Part shown: positions 7,985 to 18,042 of the stretch, piece after piece
How the letters are laid out: each line of letters starts with the position of its first letter
Position numbering within the stretch: position 1 is the stretch's first letter
Source: a virus
Lineage: Duplodnaviria; Caudoviricetes
Direction: 5' to 3' (one strand)
Virus record (IMG/VR): IMGVR_UViG_3300045283_000172
Span: 1 to 57,948 of that record
Length of the DNA stretch: 57,948 bases
Translations under genes and position numbers: made by a program
The notes under the pieces: model-generated
The model's input: the letters and a program-made list of their open reading frames with translations, nothing else
Database searches by the model: none
Told to the model about the DNA's origin: nothing

Positions 7985-10330
7985 ATGATTAATCAGAATA
8001 GTATCTTAGAAAGTCTTGATGATGAAGATATTAGAGAATTAGAAGAATTAGAGGATGGATCATCGGTTTATGAAATAGGTGAGCCTGAAAAAGAAGAAGT
8101 TGACCCTTCGGACTCTTTTTATAAAAATCTTGCAGGTACTACTGTAAAAGATGATGCATTAAAGAAATTATCTGTTTTCTTACTAGAATCAATCGATAAA
8201 GACATCGAAGCTAGCGAAAAATGGATGGCAACTCTCAAAAAAGTCAGAGAATATTTAGGTTTTGATGTTGAGGATGTTAAGAATAGCCCATTTACTGAGG
8301 CTACTAGAACATTTGATACTACTTTGCCTAATGCGTTAATTAGAAATTATGCCAATATTAGAAGTGAGCTCTTACCAACTGCTGGGCCTGTCGGATATAT
8401 TATAAAAGGTGAGACAAGCGAAGAATTAGATGATAAGGGCGAGAGAGTAAGAGATTTCTTTAATAACTATTTGGTAAGAGAGGATAAAGGTTTTTATCCT
8501 GATTACGAACGTTTCTTATTACATTTAATCTTTAACGGTAGTTCTTGCAGAAAAGTATATTACGATAAATATACTAATGGTCCAATAAGTCGTTTCATTA
8601 CAGCAGAAGATTTTATTATTGACGCTGATTGTAATTCTATTAGCGATTCTCAACGTATTACTCATGTATTACATTTATCTAAAAGAGAAATACTATTAAA
8701 TCAACAAAATGATAATTACAGAAATGTTGATCTCCCATATCTAAAGACAATGGAAAATTCCGATGAGTTATCTCAAAAGAATGCAGATATTGAAAAAGAA
8801 AAGGAGAATGTAACCTTAAGCGCATATGAGAAAAGGTCATTATTTCCTATTTATGAATGTCACGTATATCTAAACCTTGATGATTTCAAAGATAATAATG
8901 ATATAGATGAAAAAAGCATTCCCTTACCTTTTATTGTTATTGTAGATCCTAACTCCAAAGAAATACTATCTATTCGTAGAAATTGGAATGAAGAAGATGA
9001 TAATCAGGAAAAGATAAACTACTTTGTATTATATAATTATATACCTGGATTTGGTATTAGAGGGCTAGGTTTAGCTCAGATGATAGGGTCAAATGCTATA
9101 AGTTTAACTACTATTATAAGAGAGTTAATTGATGCTGGTAAATTCCAAAACTTACCAGGTGGTTTACGTAAAAAGGGTTTAAAGCAACAACAAAATAATA
9201 TTATTATTGGTCCAGGTCAATTTGTAGAGGTTGATACGTTTGGTGAGGATCTTGAAAAAGCCTTCATGCCTCTACCATATTCAGGGCCTTCTCAAGCACT
9301 TAGCAATTTGTCTGAAAGAGTTATAAATCAAACTAAAGAGCTTGGATCTTCTGCAGAGCTTACGATGCTTGAGTCCAAGGAGGCTATATCTGCATCTACT
9401 TTAATAATGGCACTTGAGAATAATAATAAGATTCAAAATGTTATTTCAGCATCTATTCATTGTTCTTTCAATCAGGAGTTACAGCTTATATATGACATAT
9501 TCAAAAAAACATTAGACGATGATTTTTCAAAATATGTAAACGGTAAAGAAATAACGTTTGAAGATTTTGATGAAGAAATAGACATTATTCCTATTTCAAA
9601 TCCATCTACTAATTCAACTATTCATAAAATAATAAAAGCTCAAGCAGTAAGGGAATCGGCACTAGAAATGCCTGATATTCATAATATGTATGAAGTTTAT
9701 AAATTAAATTATAAAGCACAAGGAATTGATGAAAATGAAATCAGTAGAATCTTAAAACCTGATCCTGCTAGTGAAGAAATGGAGGAAGCCATCCCTCTTG
9801 ATCCTGTGAGTGAGAATTTAAATTTAGCAGCGGGTAAACCTGTTACAGCAGCTAAATGGCAAGCACATGACGCACATGAATTAATGCATGGAATCTTTGC
9901 TGAAGAAAATGCAGATAAGCCTGATGTACAAGCTTCTGCCATGGCTCATATTAAAGAACATCAAGCCATGAGATATTTAGTTCAAATGGAAGCGATGCTT
10001 GGTTATGAATTACCACCTCTTGAAGAGTTACAAGATCCTGAAGTTCAAAATGAAATCGCTTTAGCTCTAGCGGGTCAAATGAAAGATACATTAGATCAGA
10101 ATCAACCTCCACCACCTATTGATCCTAACCAATTACTCATGGCTGATATTAAACAAAAAGAGGAAGAGAATGCGATAAAACAAAATATAGCAAACTTGAA
10201 AGCTGAGACTGATGTCTTCAAAGCTCAATTAGATTTTGAGAAACAAAAAGCCAAAATTGAATCTGAAGAGGATATAGCAGTACTTAGAGCTGAAACTGAA
10301 CTAACAAGAAGTGAGATGCGTAATGGGTAA
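7985..10330 (+). CDS. Portal protein (P22-like)
   Basis: 781 aa after terL; GSSCRKVYYD, ILSIRRNW, GLGLAQMIG, LIDAG..NLPGG; coiled-coil C-terminus. Confidence 0.9.
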   Translation: MINQNSILESLDDEDIRELEELEDGSSVYEIGEPEKEEVDPSDSFYKNLAGTTVKDDALKKLSVFLLESIDKDIEASEKWMATLKKVREYLGFDVEDVKNSPFTEATRTFDTTLPNALIRNYANIRSELLPTAGPVGYIIKGETSEELDDKGERVRDFFNNYLVREDKGFYPDYERFLLHLIFNGSSCRKVYYDKYTNGPISRFITAEDFIIDADCNSISDSQRITHVLHLSKREILLNQQNDNYRNVDLPYLKTMENSDELSQKNADIEKEKENVTLSAYEKRSLFPIYECHVYLNLDDFKDNNDIDEKSIPLPFIVIVDPNSKEILSIRRNWNEEDDNQEKINYFVLYNYIPGFGIRGLGLAQMIGSNAISLTTIIRELIDAGKFQNLPGGLRKKGLKQQQNNIIIGPGQFVEVDTFGEDLEKAFMPLPYSGPSQALSNLSERVINQTKELGSSAELTMLESKEAISASTLIMALENNNKIQNVISASIHCSFNQELQLIYDIFKKTLDDDFSKYVNGKEITFEDFDEEIDIIPISNPSTNSTIHKIIKAQAVRESALEMPDIHNMYEVYKLNYKAQGIDENEISRILKPDPASEEMEEAIPLDPVSENLNLAAGKPVTAAKWQAHDAHELMHGIFAEENADKPDVQASAMAHIKEHQAMRYLVQMEAMLGYELPPLEELQDPEVQNEIALALAGQMKDTLDQNQPPPPIDPNQLLMADIKQKEEENAIKQNIANLKAETDVFKAQLDFEKQKAKIESEEDIAVLRAETELTRSEMRNG

Positions 10331-10466
10331 TACATACAAAAAAGAGTCAGAGATGTCTGATTTATTTGATGCTTTATATTATGAAGAAAAAGAAGAACTA
10401 AAGAAAAAAAGACGAAAAGCAAAATTATTAAGACAACAAGAGGAAAATTTAAATGATGGAAATTAA
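10323..10466 (+). CDS. Small hypothetical protein, 47 aa (not in ORF track)
   Basis: MGNTYKKESEMSDLFDALYY...; overlaps the portal stop and the next start. Confidence 0.5.
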   Translation: MGNTYKKESEMSDLFDALYYEEKEELKKKRRKAKLLRQQEENLNDGN

Positions 10467-10884
10467 CGTTAAGAATATGAAAGCTGGTTATCAAGGTAAA
10501 CCTGACGCAATGAGGGAAATGGCACAAAGATTAATGAATCATCCCGGTAAATGTCCAGATACTATTTTCTCTTCAACAGCAGCAGATAAAGAGAAAATGA
10601 GACCTTACAAAGAAGGAGGTAGAGTTAGTACCGATGATGACGAAGAAGGTAAAATGAAAAGAGGAATGTTATCTACTAATTTTCATATAGAGAAAATAAA
10701 GAAAGACGCAGCTAAGGAAAAAGAAGATGACAAAACTGAATATAAAAAAGGTGGTGTAGTTAAAAGCTGTTCAAAACGTGAGAAATTTGCAGAAGGCGGA
10801 GTAGCTAAAATCAGACTTGGTCAAAGTACCATGAGCGGGAAACAAATACCTGTGAAGAAAAAGATGGGAAAAAGCCCTTATTAA
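10453..10884 (+). CDS. Basic protein with three [YF]xxGG motifs, probably virion-associated
   Basis: YKEGGRV, YKKGGVV, FAEGGVA; position in the head module. Confidence 0.7.
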   Translation: MMEINVKNMKAGYQGKPDAMREMAQRLMNHPGKCPDTIFSSTAADKEKMRPYKEGGRVSTDDDEEGKMKRGMLSTNFHIEKIKKDAAKEKEDDKTEYKKGGVVKSCSKREKFAEGGVAKIRLGQSTMSGKQIPVKKKMGKSPY

Positions 10885-10886
10885 AT

Positions 10887-11078
10887 ATGTTATTAATTTT
10901 AAGAGAAAGGTTAATTAACAAACTAAAACACCGAAAGGAAGAATTAACCAACTCACTTTTACAAGATAACGTTGATGATTTTGCAGCTTATCGTTATCTG
11001 ACAGGTAAAATTCGAGGGGTTGATGATTCTATAGAGTTAATTAGAGCAGTATTTAAAGGAGAAGATGATGACATCTAA
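10887..11078 (+). CDS. Small helical phage protein of the type found upstream of phage GroES
   Basis: DFAAYRYLTGKIRGV motif and position. Confidence 0.75.
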   Translation: MLLILRERLINKLKHRKEELTNSLLQDNVDDFAAYRYLTGKIRGVDDSIELIRAVFKGEDDDI

Positions 11079-11634
11079 ATTGACTGAAGAAGATCTAGAG
11101 ATATTAGGATTAGATTTAGAAGATTACTCTCAATCATCAATAGATGAGCTTTTAAAATGGGAATGTTCTTTTGATAATGTGGAGTTTATTACTAGGAAAG
11201 AATTCGAATGGGCGACAGCTGCTATTCCTACTTATGAATTCCCCTCAAGGGAATTGACTTATATAGCTGAAATGATGGTTAGACGTATTCATTTTATTTG
11301 TTTTAAATTAAATCTTATTGATAAAGGTTTTAGTTGTGTATTTCCGAATATCACAAAGTTTAAGTCGAAAATACACAACTATATTAAAGAATATGAAAAG
11401 GTAATTAAAGGGACTATAGAACTTAGAGAAAAGAGACAAGAAATAAAACCTCTAAAAAGTTATTTGGGTGCAGCCTCAGTTAAGATAGAAGGTGCGGAAA
11501 TCCCAGATGATGAGTTAGGTGAATACAATTCACCTAAGGACGTAATAGAAATATTAAGAGAACGTAATATAAAACGTTTAGAGAAATTATTTAAAGAACA
11601 AGAAACAAAAGGAGAAGATGATGAGATTAACTGA
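11065..11634 (+). CDS. Hypothetical protein, probable chimera of duplicated neighbouring genes
   Basis: 189 aa; flanked by an exact 17 bp repeat; see findings. Confidence 0.75.
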   Translation: MMTSKLTEEDLEILGLDLEDYSQSSIDELLKWECSFDNVEFITRKEFEWATAAIPTYEFPSRELTYIAEMMVRRIHFICFKLNLIDKGFSCVFPNITKFKSKIHNYIKEYEKVIKGTIELREKRQEIKPLKSYLGAASVKIEGAEIPDDELGEYNSPKDVIEILRERNIKRLEKLFKEQETKGEDDEIN

Positions 11635-12025
11635 AACTTACGAAGATCCAGGGATTGATTTAGATAATTTTGATAAGGAAGCTGAGATAGCAAAGTTCCC
11701 TACCCATATACCTCTACCTTTATGGAATATACAAATACGTCTATACACTACACCTAAAAAGACAACAGGCGGTTTAATTTTAACTGACACAGAACATAAT
11801 ATGCAACAATACCATGTTGTTACAGGTTTAGTAGTCAGAGTAGCACCTGGTGCTTATAAAGATGCAAGATATAATGGAATGCCTCCTGCTTGCAAAGTAG
11901 GTGATTGGGTAGTTATAGGCAGACATTCAGGTATAAAATTAAATTATAAAGGGATGCCGATTTATTACGTTAAAGAGGATGCTATTGAAGATGTGGTAGA
12001 AGACCCACGCTATATAACAAAATAA
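11618..12025 (+). CDS. groES: Co-chaperonin GroES-like protein
   Basis: KTTGGLILTD mobile loop, GLVVRVAPGAY, KVGDWV. Confidence 0.92.
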   Translation: MMRLTETYEDPGIDLDNFDKEAEIAKFPTHIPLPLWNIQIRLYTTPKKTTGGLILTDTEHNMQQYHVVTGLVVRVAPGAYKDARYNGMPPACKVGDWVVIGRHSGIKLNYKGMPIYYVKEDAIEDVVEDPRYITK

Positions 12026-12034
12026 AAGGTATAC

Positions 12035-13096
12035 ATGAATCAAGAACATAACACTCAAGCTACTATACAAGCAGAAGCGTTAGAGGCTCAAAATTTACCT
12101 GAGCTTAGAAATGCTTTTGAAACTATTGAGAAATTCAAAAATAATGACGAACAACTTATTTTAGATGAGAATGGTTTTCCTGTCCAAGAGGAAGGTGAGA
12201 AAGATGAGGAACTTCCTGAAGATGAAAATGAGGAAGAAGAGAACGAAGAACTTCCTGAAGATGAAAATGAGGAAGAAGAGGAATATATTCCTCCAAAGCC
12301 TGTAAAAGAAAAAAAAGTAGATAAGTATAGAAAGTTACAAAATGATAAATATAGAGCATTAGCTGAAAAAGAAGAAGCTCTACAGAAAATAGCTGAATTA
12401 GAAGGGTTAGTCCAAGAGTTCTCTAGTTCAGGCACTTATCATTATAGTAAAAATATATATGCTGACCTAGATAGAGCGAAAGAAGATAAGAAGAGAGCTT
12501 TTGAAGAAGGTAATCTAGATAATCTTGTAGAAGCTGATATTAGTATAGCAAAAGCTATACAAGCTATTAATGATCTTGAAAAATGGGCTAATGAGAATGA
12601 ATCAAGACAACTAACAAATTCTAAATATCAAGATAATGAAAGATCTTCATATCAAGAATCTGTTTATCAAGAAATAGCTAAGGATTGGATCGATACTCAT
12701 CCTTATTTAAAACCTCATTCAAGAAGTTATAATCCAAAATTAGCTAGCAAAGTTACACAATTCATCACTGAATTGGATGATAATCTGTATAGAAATAGGG
12801 AAGAAGCAGCTATTTTTTCAGAAGAATACTTTGATACTATAGATAATTATATCCATTCAAAAACTGGCCCTAAACGTGATACTTCAAAAAAGATAGAATC
12901 CTTATCTAATGTAAGCGGGGTAAGAAATACAGCTTCAGCAGGTGGGAGTAAATCTTCGTCAACAAACCAAATGACATTGACTAAAGAAGAAAAAATCATG
13001 GCAGACAATGCAGGTCTTTCGCATAAAGATTGGTTAAAAGAAAAAATTTATTATTCAAAACATGACAGAGAAAGAGGTGGTCAATATGGAAGGTAG
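12035..13096 (+). CDS. Putative capsid scaffolding protein
   Basis: Acidic N-terminus, coiled coil, C-terminal LTKEEKIMA..GL helix; position. Confidence 0.7.
   Translation: MNQEHNTQATIQAEALEAQNLPELRNAFETIEKFKNNDEQLILDENGFPVQEEGEKDEELPEDENEEEENEELPEDENEEEEEYIPPKPVKEKKVDKYRKLQNDKYRALAEKEEALQKIAELEGLVQEFSSSGTYHYSKNIYADLDRAKEDKKRAFEEGNLDNLVEADISIAKAIQAINDLEKWANENESRQLTNSKYQDNERSSYQESVYQEIAKDWIDTHPYLKPHSRSYNPKLASKVTQFITELDDNLYRNREEAAIFSEEYFDTIDNYIHSKTGPKRDTSKKIESLSNVSGVRNTASAGGSKSSSTNQMTLTKEEKIMADNAGLSHKDWLKEKIYYSKHDRERGGQYGR
12209..12280 (+). repeat. In-frame tandem repeat, 39 bp period (ELPEDENEEEE x2)
   Basis: 33 bp identical at 12209-12241 and 12248-12280. Confidence 0.9.
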
Positions 13097-13502
13097 AAGA
13101 AGCACACGTTTAGCTGAATCAAGAGCTAATGAAGTATTAAAACAATATAACATGGAATATATAAGTCCATTAGGTCTACCGCATGGTGTAGCAAGGGATG
13201 GTTATAGATATTGTTGGGCTAATAGGCAAGTTCCTCATGAAATAGAAAATATGGTCAGACAAGGATGGGAAATAGTTCCTTCTGATAGATGCCCTTCTTT
13301 TAGTATTGATCCTTTAAAAAGGAATGAGAATATGAGTAATTATATTTGGTATATGGATGTCTTACTTATGGAAATCCCTGATTTCTTAGCTCAAAAAGCA
13401 GGCGCTTATATTCAAGCAAAAGCAGATCATGCTATCAATGGTTTAGAAGGTGTAACTAGTGATTTTATGGCTCCTGTTAGACAAATAAATAGTTTTACAT
13501 AA
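13062..13502 (+). CDS. Head-module hypothetical protein (start may be 13086)
   Basis: GYRYCW, GWEIV and LLMEIP motifs; GAGGTG RBS before 13086. Confidence 0.75.
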   Translation: MTEKEVVNMEGRRSTRLAESRANEVLKQYNMEYISPLGLPHGVARDGYRYCWANRQVPHEIENMVRQGWEIVPSDRCPSFSIDPLKRNENMSNYIWYMDVLLMEIPDFLAQKAGAYIQAKADHAINGLEGVTSDFMAPVRQINSFT

Positions 13503-14599
13503 TGGCACAAAATTCATATCAAAATATAGTTCTAGTAGAAGATCTAACCTTAACATGGCCATCATCCTTTAACGGTGGCCCTGTTCTTTTAGATATTAAC
13601 GATGTAGAGCCACAGGAAGCACCTGATACTTTTAAAATTATATTACCTGCTGCTAATTTAGTATCAACAGGTCAAAATTTTATAGTTAACAATATTGCCG
13701 ATGTTTCGTTTGATTTAGTATTAAATGACGGTACTACCCTATTATCAGCTATGGATCCTGGAGATGCTTTTCAATTCTATTTAACGGATGCCAGCACTGT
13801 TAATGGTGTATGGCGTAAGATCACCCCACTCGGAGGATTCAACGGCATTGTAGAATTAACTGCCCAAAGCAGTGATAGTTCTATTACCATTACGGGAAGC
13901 CCAGTAACCCCAACAGGAGGAGTACTTAATTTTAAGCTCCCTACATCTATAACCAATCTTAATAAATTAAATGCTACTGATTTTCTTATTGTTACTAATA
14001 GTAACCCTTTAACTTTTAATACAGTTGAATTGTTAGGTGGTGAAAATATTACTATTACCGGCGGTAACGGTCTTGGTAGTGATCCCGTCATAGATTTAAA
14101 CACTACTATCACATCTCTAAATTCCCTTACTGTAGGTGATATGACGCTTAGTGGCGGAGTAATTACTAATAATACTGACAACGGAAATATACAAATAAGC
14201 ACTAGTGGGACAGGAACTGTACAGATTAACGGGATAAATTTTAGTAGTTCAGGAGCTATTTCTGGACTTACTAACTTCTTGGGAATTGCCGCATTTTCAT
14301 TTTTTACTGATACATTAGTAGGAATGAGTAACCAAATTGTTAATGTAAATGAAGTAAATGTGCCATCTATTACAGGTTCTGGGGGTACTTACAAACTTAA
14401 TTTTACGACTGCAATGCCTAATCTTAATTACGGTGTTCTTATTACATTAGGTAGCACAGGTGGAAGTTTACCTTTTATATCTAATTCTTATGTCATAGTT
14501 AGAGAATTAACTTCTGTCACAATTATAGTTACAGATGCCAGTGGTGAATTAGTTTTAGCAGTACCTCACGGAGTAACGGTAATTGTCATTTCAGCATAA
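13502..14599 (+). CDS. Beta-rich virion fibre/spike-like protein
   Basis: T/G/N/S-rich; NGNIxI..GTG and FTTAMPNLNYGV segments shared with 21766-25032. Confidence 0.65.
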   Translation: MAQNSYQNIVLVEDLTLTWPSSFNGGPVLLDINDVEPQEAPDTFKIILPAANLVSTGQNFIVNNIADVSFDLVLNDGTTLLSAMDPGDAFQFYLTDASTVNGVWRKITPLGGFNGIVELTAQSSDSSITITGSPVTPTGGVLNFKLPTSITNLNKLNATDFLIVTNSNPLTFNTVELLGGENITITGGNGLGSDPVIDLNTTITSLNSLTVGDMTLSGGVITNNTDNGNIQISTSGTGTVQINGINFSSSGAISGLTNFLGIAAFSFFTDTLVGMSNQIVNVNEVNVPSITGSGGTYKLNFTTAMPNLNYGVLITLGSTGGSLPFISNSYVIVRELTSVTIIVTDASGELVLAVPHGVTVIVISA

Positions 14600-14631
14600 T
14601 ATTACATATTTATTAATAATGTATTTAAAAT

Positions 14632-14660
14632 TTGACTTTGTTAATAAATTAAGCGATAAT
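14632..14660 (+). promoter_or_regulatory. Sigma70-type promoter of the capsid operon
   Basis: TTGACT-N17-GATAAT in an intergenic gap. Confidence 0.65.
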
Positions 14661-14669
14661 AGAGTTATA

Positions 14670-14822
14670 AGTCATAACAAGACGTTAAAAAGTTTCTCGG
14701 CTCGTCTTTCCCATAAGAAGACACGATAAGAAGTGGGGGCTCATGCACTTGCTTCTTATCACCTAGTCATAACAAGACACTAAAAAGTTTCTCGGTTTCA
14801 CAAGTCTTATCCATAAAAGATC
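14670..14822 (+). repeat. Duplicated structured leader element
   Basis: 31 bp direct repeat, 14670-14700 vs 14765-14795 (2 mismatches); each copy is followed by GTCTT..CCATAA..AGA. Confidence 0.8.
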
Positions 14823-14857
14823 TAAATTTAAATTAACAATTTTAATTAAGAGGTTTT

Positions 14858-15739
14858 ATGGCTTACGGGCAAAACGCTCCTTTTGGTCTACGTCCTATCT
14901 GTTCTGTACACGGTGGGAGCTGGACTGAAAAGACAAACAAATATGAAATTTATGCTAGTGCTGATGGTACTACTACATATTCAGGATCTATTTTTACAGG
15001 TGATCCTGTAATGAGGGGTACATCACTTGACGGTACTGCTGCTGCAGGTGATATTAATACTATCGTAAGATGGAATCCAGTATTTGCCGATAATGCACCA
15101 TCTACATGGAATGCGGATGTTGCATTACCTATTCTAGGTGTATTCACGGGATGTGAATATTTCAGTTCTAATATTTCTACTAATAATTTGGTTCAATCTC
15201 CTTATTGGCCAGGTGCTACTCAAGTTCAACCTGGTACAAAGATTACAGCTTTCATCCTTGATGATCCTGCTATTGAATATGATATTCAAGTCTCCAGTCA
15301 TATTAACGCAGCTGCAAACGCATTTGTAGGACGTCCTTATTTCCCAAATACAAATGCAACAGGTGGAGCTCCATTTATATATGCCGGTAGTTTTGGTAGA
15401 AATTTTGGTCTTAACATTGCAGGTGGTACGAATTTCGATACTGTTAACCTTAACGGTAATCCTGCAGGTTATGCGAATAACCCAGCAGCAGGAAGTAGAT
15501 TAACAGGTCAATCAGCATTCTATCTTGATGTAGATACATCAACTGTTGCTCAAAACAACCATGATTATAATAAGAGTCTCGCTAGTCTACCGCTTAAAGC
15601 ACTTGGATATTCACAGAATGTTAACAATATTGCAGCACCCGGTCTGACTATGGCGACAACACCCTTTTTGAATGTAAGGGTAACACTTAATCAACCTGTT
15701 TACGCAATTGGTTCAACTGCTCCAGTATATGTAGCATAA
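14858..15739 (+). CDS. Putative capsid decoration/minor capsid protein
   Basis: APFGLRP, IFTGDPV, GVFTGCEY, DDP; directly upstream of the major capsid gene. Confidence 0.7.
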   Translation: MAYGQNAPFGLRPICSVHGGSWTEKTNKYEIYASADGTTTYSGSIFTGDPVMRGTSLDGTAAAGDINTIVRWNPVFADNAPSTWNADVALPILGVFTGCEYFSSNISTNNLVQSPYWPGATQVQPGTKITAFILDDPAIEYDIQVSSHINAAANAFVGRPYFPNTNATGGAPFIYAGSFGRNFGLNIAGGTNFDTVNLNGNPAGYANNPAAGSRLTGQSAFYLDVDTSTVAQNNHDYNKSLASLPLKALGYSQNVNNIAAPGLTMATTPFLNVRVTLNQPVYAIGSTAPVYVA

Positions 15740-15764
15740 ATAAAAATATTAGAGGAATAATTAT

Positions 15765-16673
15765 ATGATAAATACCCCTGCAATTGCACAGTTACTACGC
15801 CCTGGACTAAGGGCCATAACTGGGCAATACCCTACATATCCTGACGAATGGACAGAGATATTTAAAACTCTTACATCTGATAAGTATCAAGAAATTGAAG
15901 TAGAGATGAAATATCTTGGTCTTGCAGGTATTAAACCTGAAGGTCAACCTGGAATTACTGACTCTATGGGCCAACGTACTGTAACTTCTTATGTACATAA
16001 ACGTGTACAAATTGGCTTCACAATTACCAAAGAAGCTATGGAAGATGACCTGTACAAGAGAGATTTTCCAATGCAAGCAGTATCATTACGTAAATCTCTA
16101 AGTACTACTAAAAATGTACTAGGGGCTAATATTCTGAACAATGCTTTCAATGCTAATTACCCAACAGGTGATGGGCAGCCAATTTGTTCTGCTAGTCACC
16201 CTGTTGATGGTGGAGTATTTGCAAATTCATTAGCAGTACCTACAGCTTTATCAGTAGCAGCTCTACAACAAATGATTATTTTGATGCAAAAAATGCCAAT
16301 GCAAAGCGGTATTTTAGCTCAAACTAAAGCACAAAAATTGATAATTCCTCCTGAGTTACAATTCAATGCAACTGTTATTTTAAATTCTACATATGTACCG
16401 CTTAATGGAAATAACGCTATCAACCCTATAAATTATGAAAATTATATCCCTAAAGGATATAAAATTAATAATTTCTTAACTAACCCAACAGCATATTTCC
16501 TTCTTACTGATGCTCCTGATGGATTTAAACATTATCAAAGGACTCCTATTGAGTCTGATACTTATGTTGATTATCAGACAGACAATATTATGGCTAAAGC
16601 TGGGGAAAGATATTCAATGGGTATTACTAACGTACGTGCTGTAGTTGGTAGTCTTGGTACTGCAGCAGCATAA
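15765..16673 (+). CDS. Major capsid protein (Mu gpT-like family)
   Basis: LRPGL, KPEG, FTITKEAMEDDLY, LNNAF..GDG....ASHP, LIIPPEL, ERYS; strong RBS. Confidence 0.9.
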   Translation: MINTPAIAQLLRPGLRAITGQYPTYPDEWTEIFKTLTSDKYQEIEVEMKYLGLAGIKPEGQPGITDSMGQRTVTSYVHKRVQIGFTITKEAMEDDLYKRDFPMQAVSLRKSLSTTKNVLGANILNNAFNANYPTGDGQPICSASHPVDGGVFANSLAVPTALSVAALQQMIILMQKMPMQSGILAQTKAQKLIIPPELQFNATVILNSTYVPLNGNNAINPINYENYIPKGYKINNFLTNPTAYFLLTDAPDGFKHYQRTPIESDTYVDYQTDNIMAKAGERYSMGITNVRAVVGSLGTAAA

Positions 16674-16688
16674 GATAGAGAGTAGATA

Positions 16689-17351
16689 ATGGCACAATTT
16701 ATTTTTCCTGACGCTAATACGCAGGATGTATGTTTAATACAGGATACCACAGGTAATGTAAACTTAGTTCTTAATGGGAACTTGGCTAGCAATGGTGATG
16801 TAAGATTTATTGATAACGGTTACGCAAGACAATTATCATTTATATCTACTAACAACTTATCATCTGCCGTCTTTACTATCTATGGGGTTCAAAATGGTGT
16901 AGCCATTATCGAAACTATAAATGGACCAAATGCTACTACTGTTTATTCAGTAAATATATATGACGTTGTTACTAATATAACATCGAGTATAGCTGTTACA
17001 GGTATAAGTATAGGTACAGGTCATAGCGGCTTTTTCCAATTACTTATGCCTACTATCAGTGGGATTACTAATTTAAATTACAATTTCACATTAGGTAGTA
17101 CGTTCGGTACTAATGTAATTGGTACTACTGTATATGGAACATTAACAAATATCGTTAACACAGGGCAAACTTTCACAGAAATTATAGCTGGTAATGTTGG
17201 TACTTTGTATACCATTAAAGCTGCAGGTAATGAGGTGTTTTATATATATCCTGATAATGACGTGTTGCTTACTTCTATATTAATTAAACTAACAGGATCA
17301 GGTAGTACTCTAGGTAATACTACGACTTTAACATTTTTACAATTGATATAA
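16689..17351 (+). CDS. Virion structural protein, paralog 1 of 3
   Basis: LxLNG, GPNxxTVYS and GTGxxGFF shared with the next two genes. Confidence 0.7.
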   Translation: MAQFIFPDANTQDVCLIQDTTGNVNLVLNGNLASNGDVRFIDNGYARQLSFISTNNLSSAVFTIYGVQNGVAIIETINGPNATTVYSVNIYDVVTNITSSIAVTGISIGTGHSGFFQLLMPTISGITNLNYNFTLGSTFGTNVIGTTVYGTLTNIVNTGQTFTEIIAGNVGTLYTIKAAGNEVFYIYPDNDVLLTSILIKLTGSGSTLGNTTTLTFLQLI

Positions 17352-17352
17352 T

Positions 17353-18042
17353 ATGGCAAGTATTGGAATATACAATTCCTTAAATTGGGCACCCTCGACT
17401 ACTACTGCTGTAGCACTTCCGCAAGCGGTACTTCAGAATGGGACTATTGTACTAAATGGTACATTCTCTGATGGGGCAAACCCAATGTCATTAGAAGCTC
17501 ATGGTTCTAGAAGGAATATTACTATTACTTCTACGGCCAATATAGCCGCTAGTACGTCAGTTGTACGGGGTTATGTGAATGGGACTATAGTTACAGAAAA
17601 TATAGTTAATCCAAATGTCGCTACTGTTTCTGGAGCTGTGATATTTGACAGTATTATAGATATCACTGTAACAGGAGGTGCTGCTGCAAATATTAGTGTG
17701 GGGATAGGTCTTATTGGATTTTTTAATCCGATGTTAGTTGATATTGCCTCAAGTACAATTTCTGCCAGTACAATTCAACTTATTCTATATACGGGAACAA
17801 TAAGTTATAGTATATATGAGACCGCTGATAAAAATGCTGTTAATTGTGGAGTTTCTTTTGATGCTTTAATAACAAATGGAACTTATATCCTATCTAAGGA
17901 TAGTGCAGGTGCGGATATTGCTAATAAAGCTGCTTCCGGGATATATCATAATATTCCTCTGGTATTAAATAGTTCATATTTAATAAAAATTAACGCCTCT
18001 ATAGCAGCAAGTACATTTAAACTTATATATATGAAAATATAA
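17353..18042 (+). CDS. Virion structural protein, paralog 2 of 3
   Basis: IVLNGT, RNITITS, PNVATV, GIGLIGFF. Confidence 0.7.
   Translation: MASIGIYNSLNWAPSTTTAVALPQAVLQNGTIVLNGTFSDGANPMSLEAHGSRRNITITSTANIAASTSVVRGYVNGTIVTENIVNPNVATVSGAVIFDSIIDITVTGGAAANISVGIGLIGFFNPMLVDIASSTISASTIQLILYTGTISYSIYETADKNAVNCGVSFDALITNGTYILSKDSAGADIANKAASGIYHNIPLVLNSSYLIKINASIAASTFKLIYMKI

Noticed and set aside
11618-12025. Phage GroES as a novelty
   Set aside because: GroES-like genes between portal and capsid genes are well known in environmental phages
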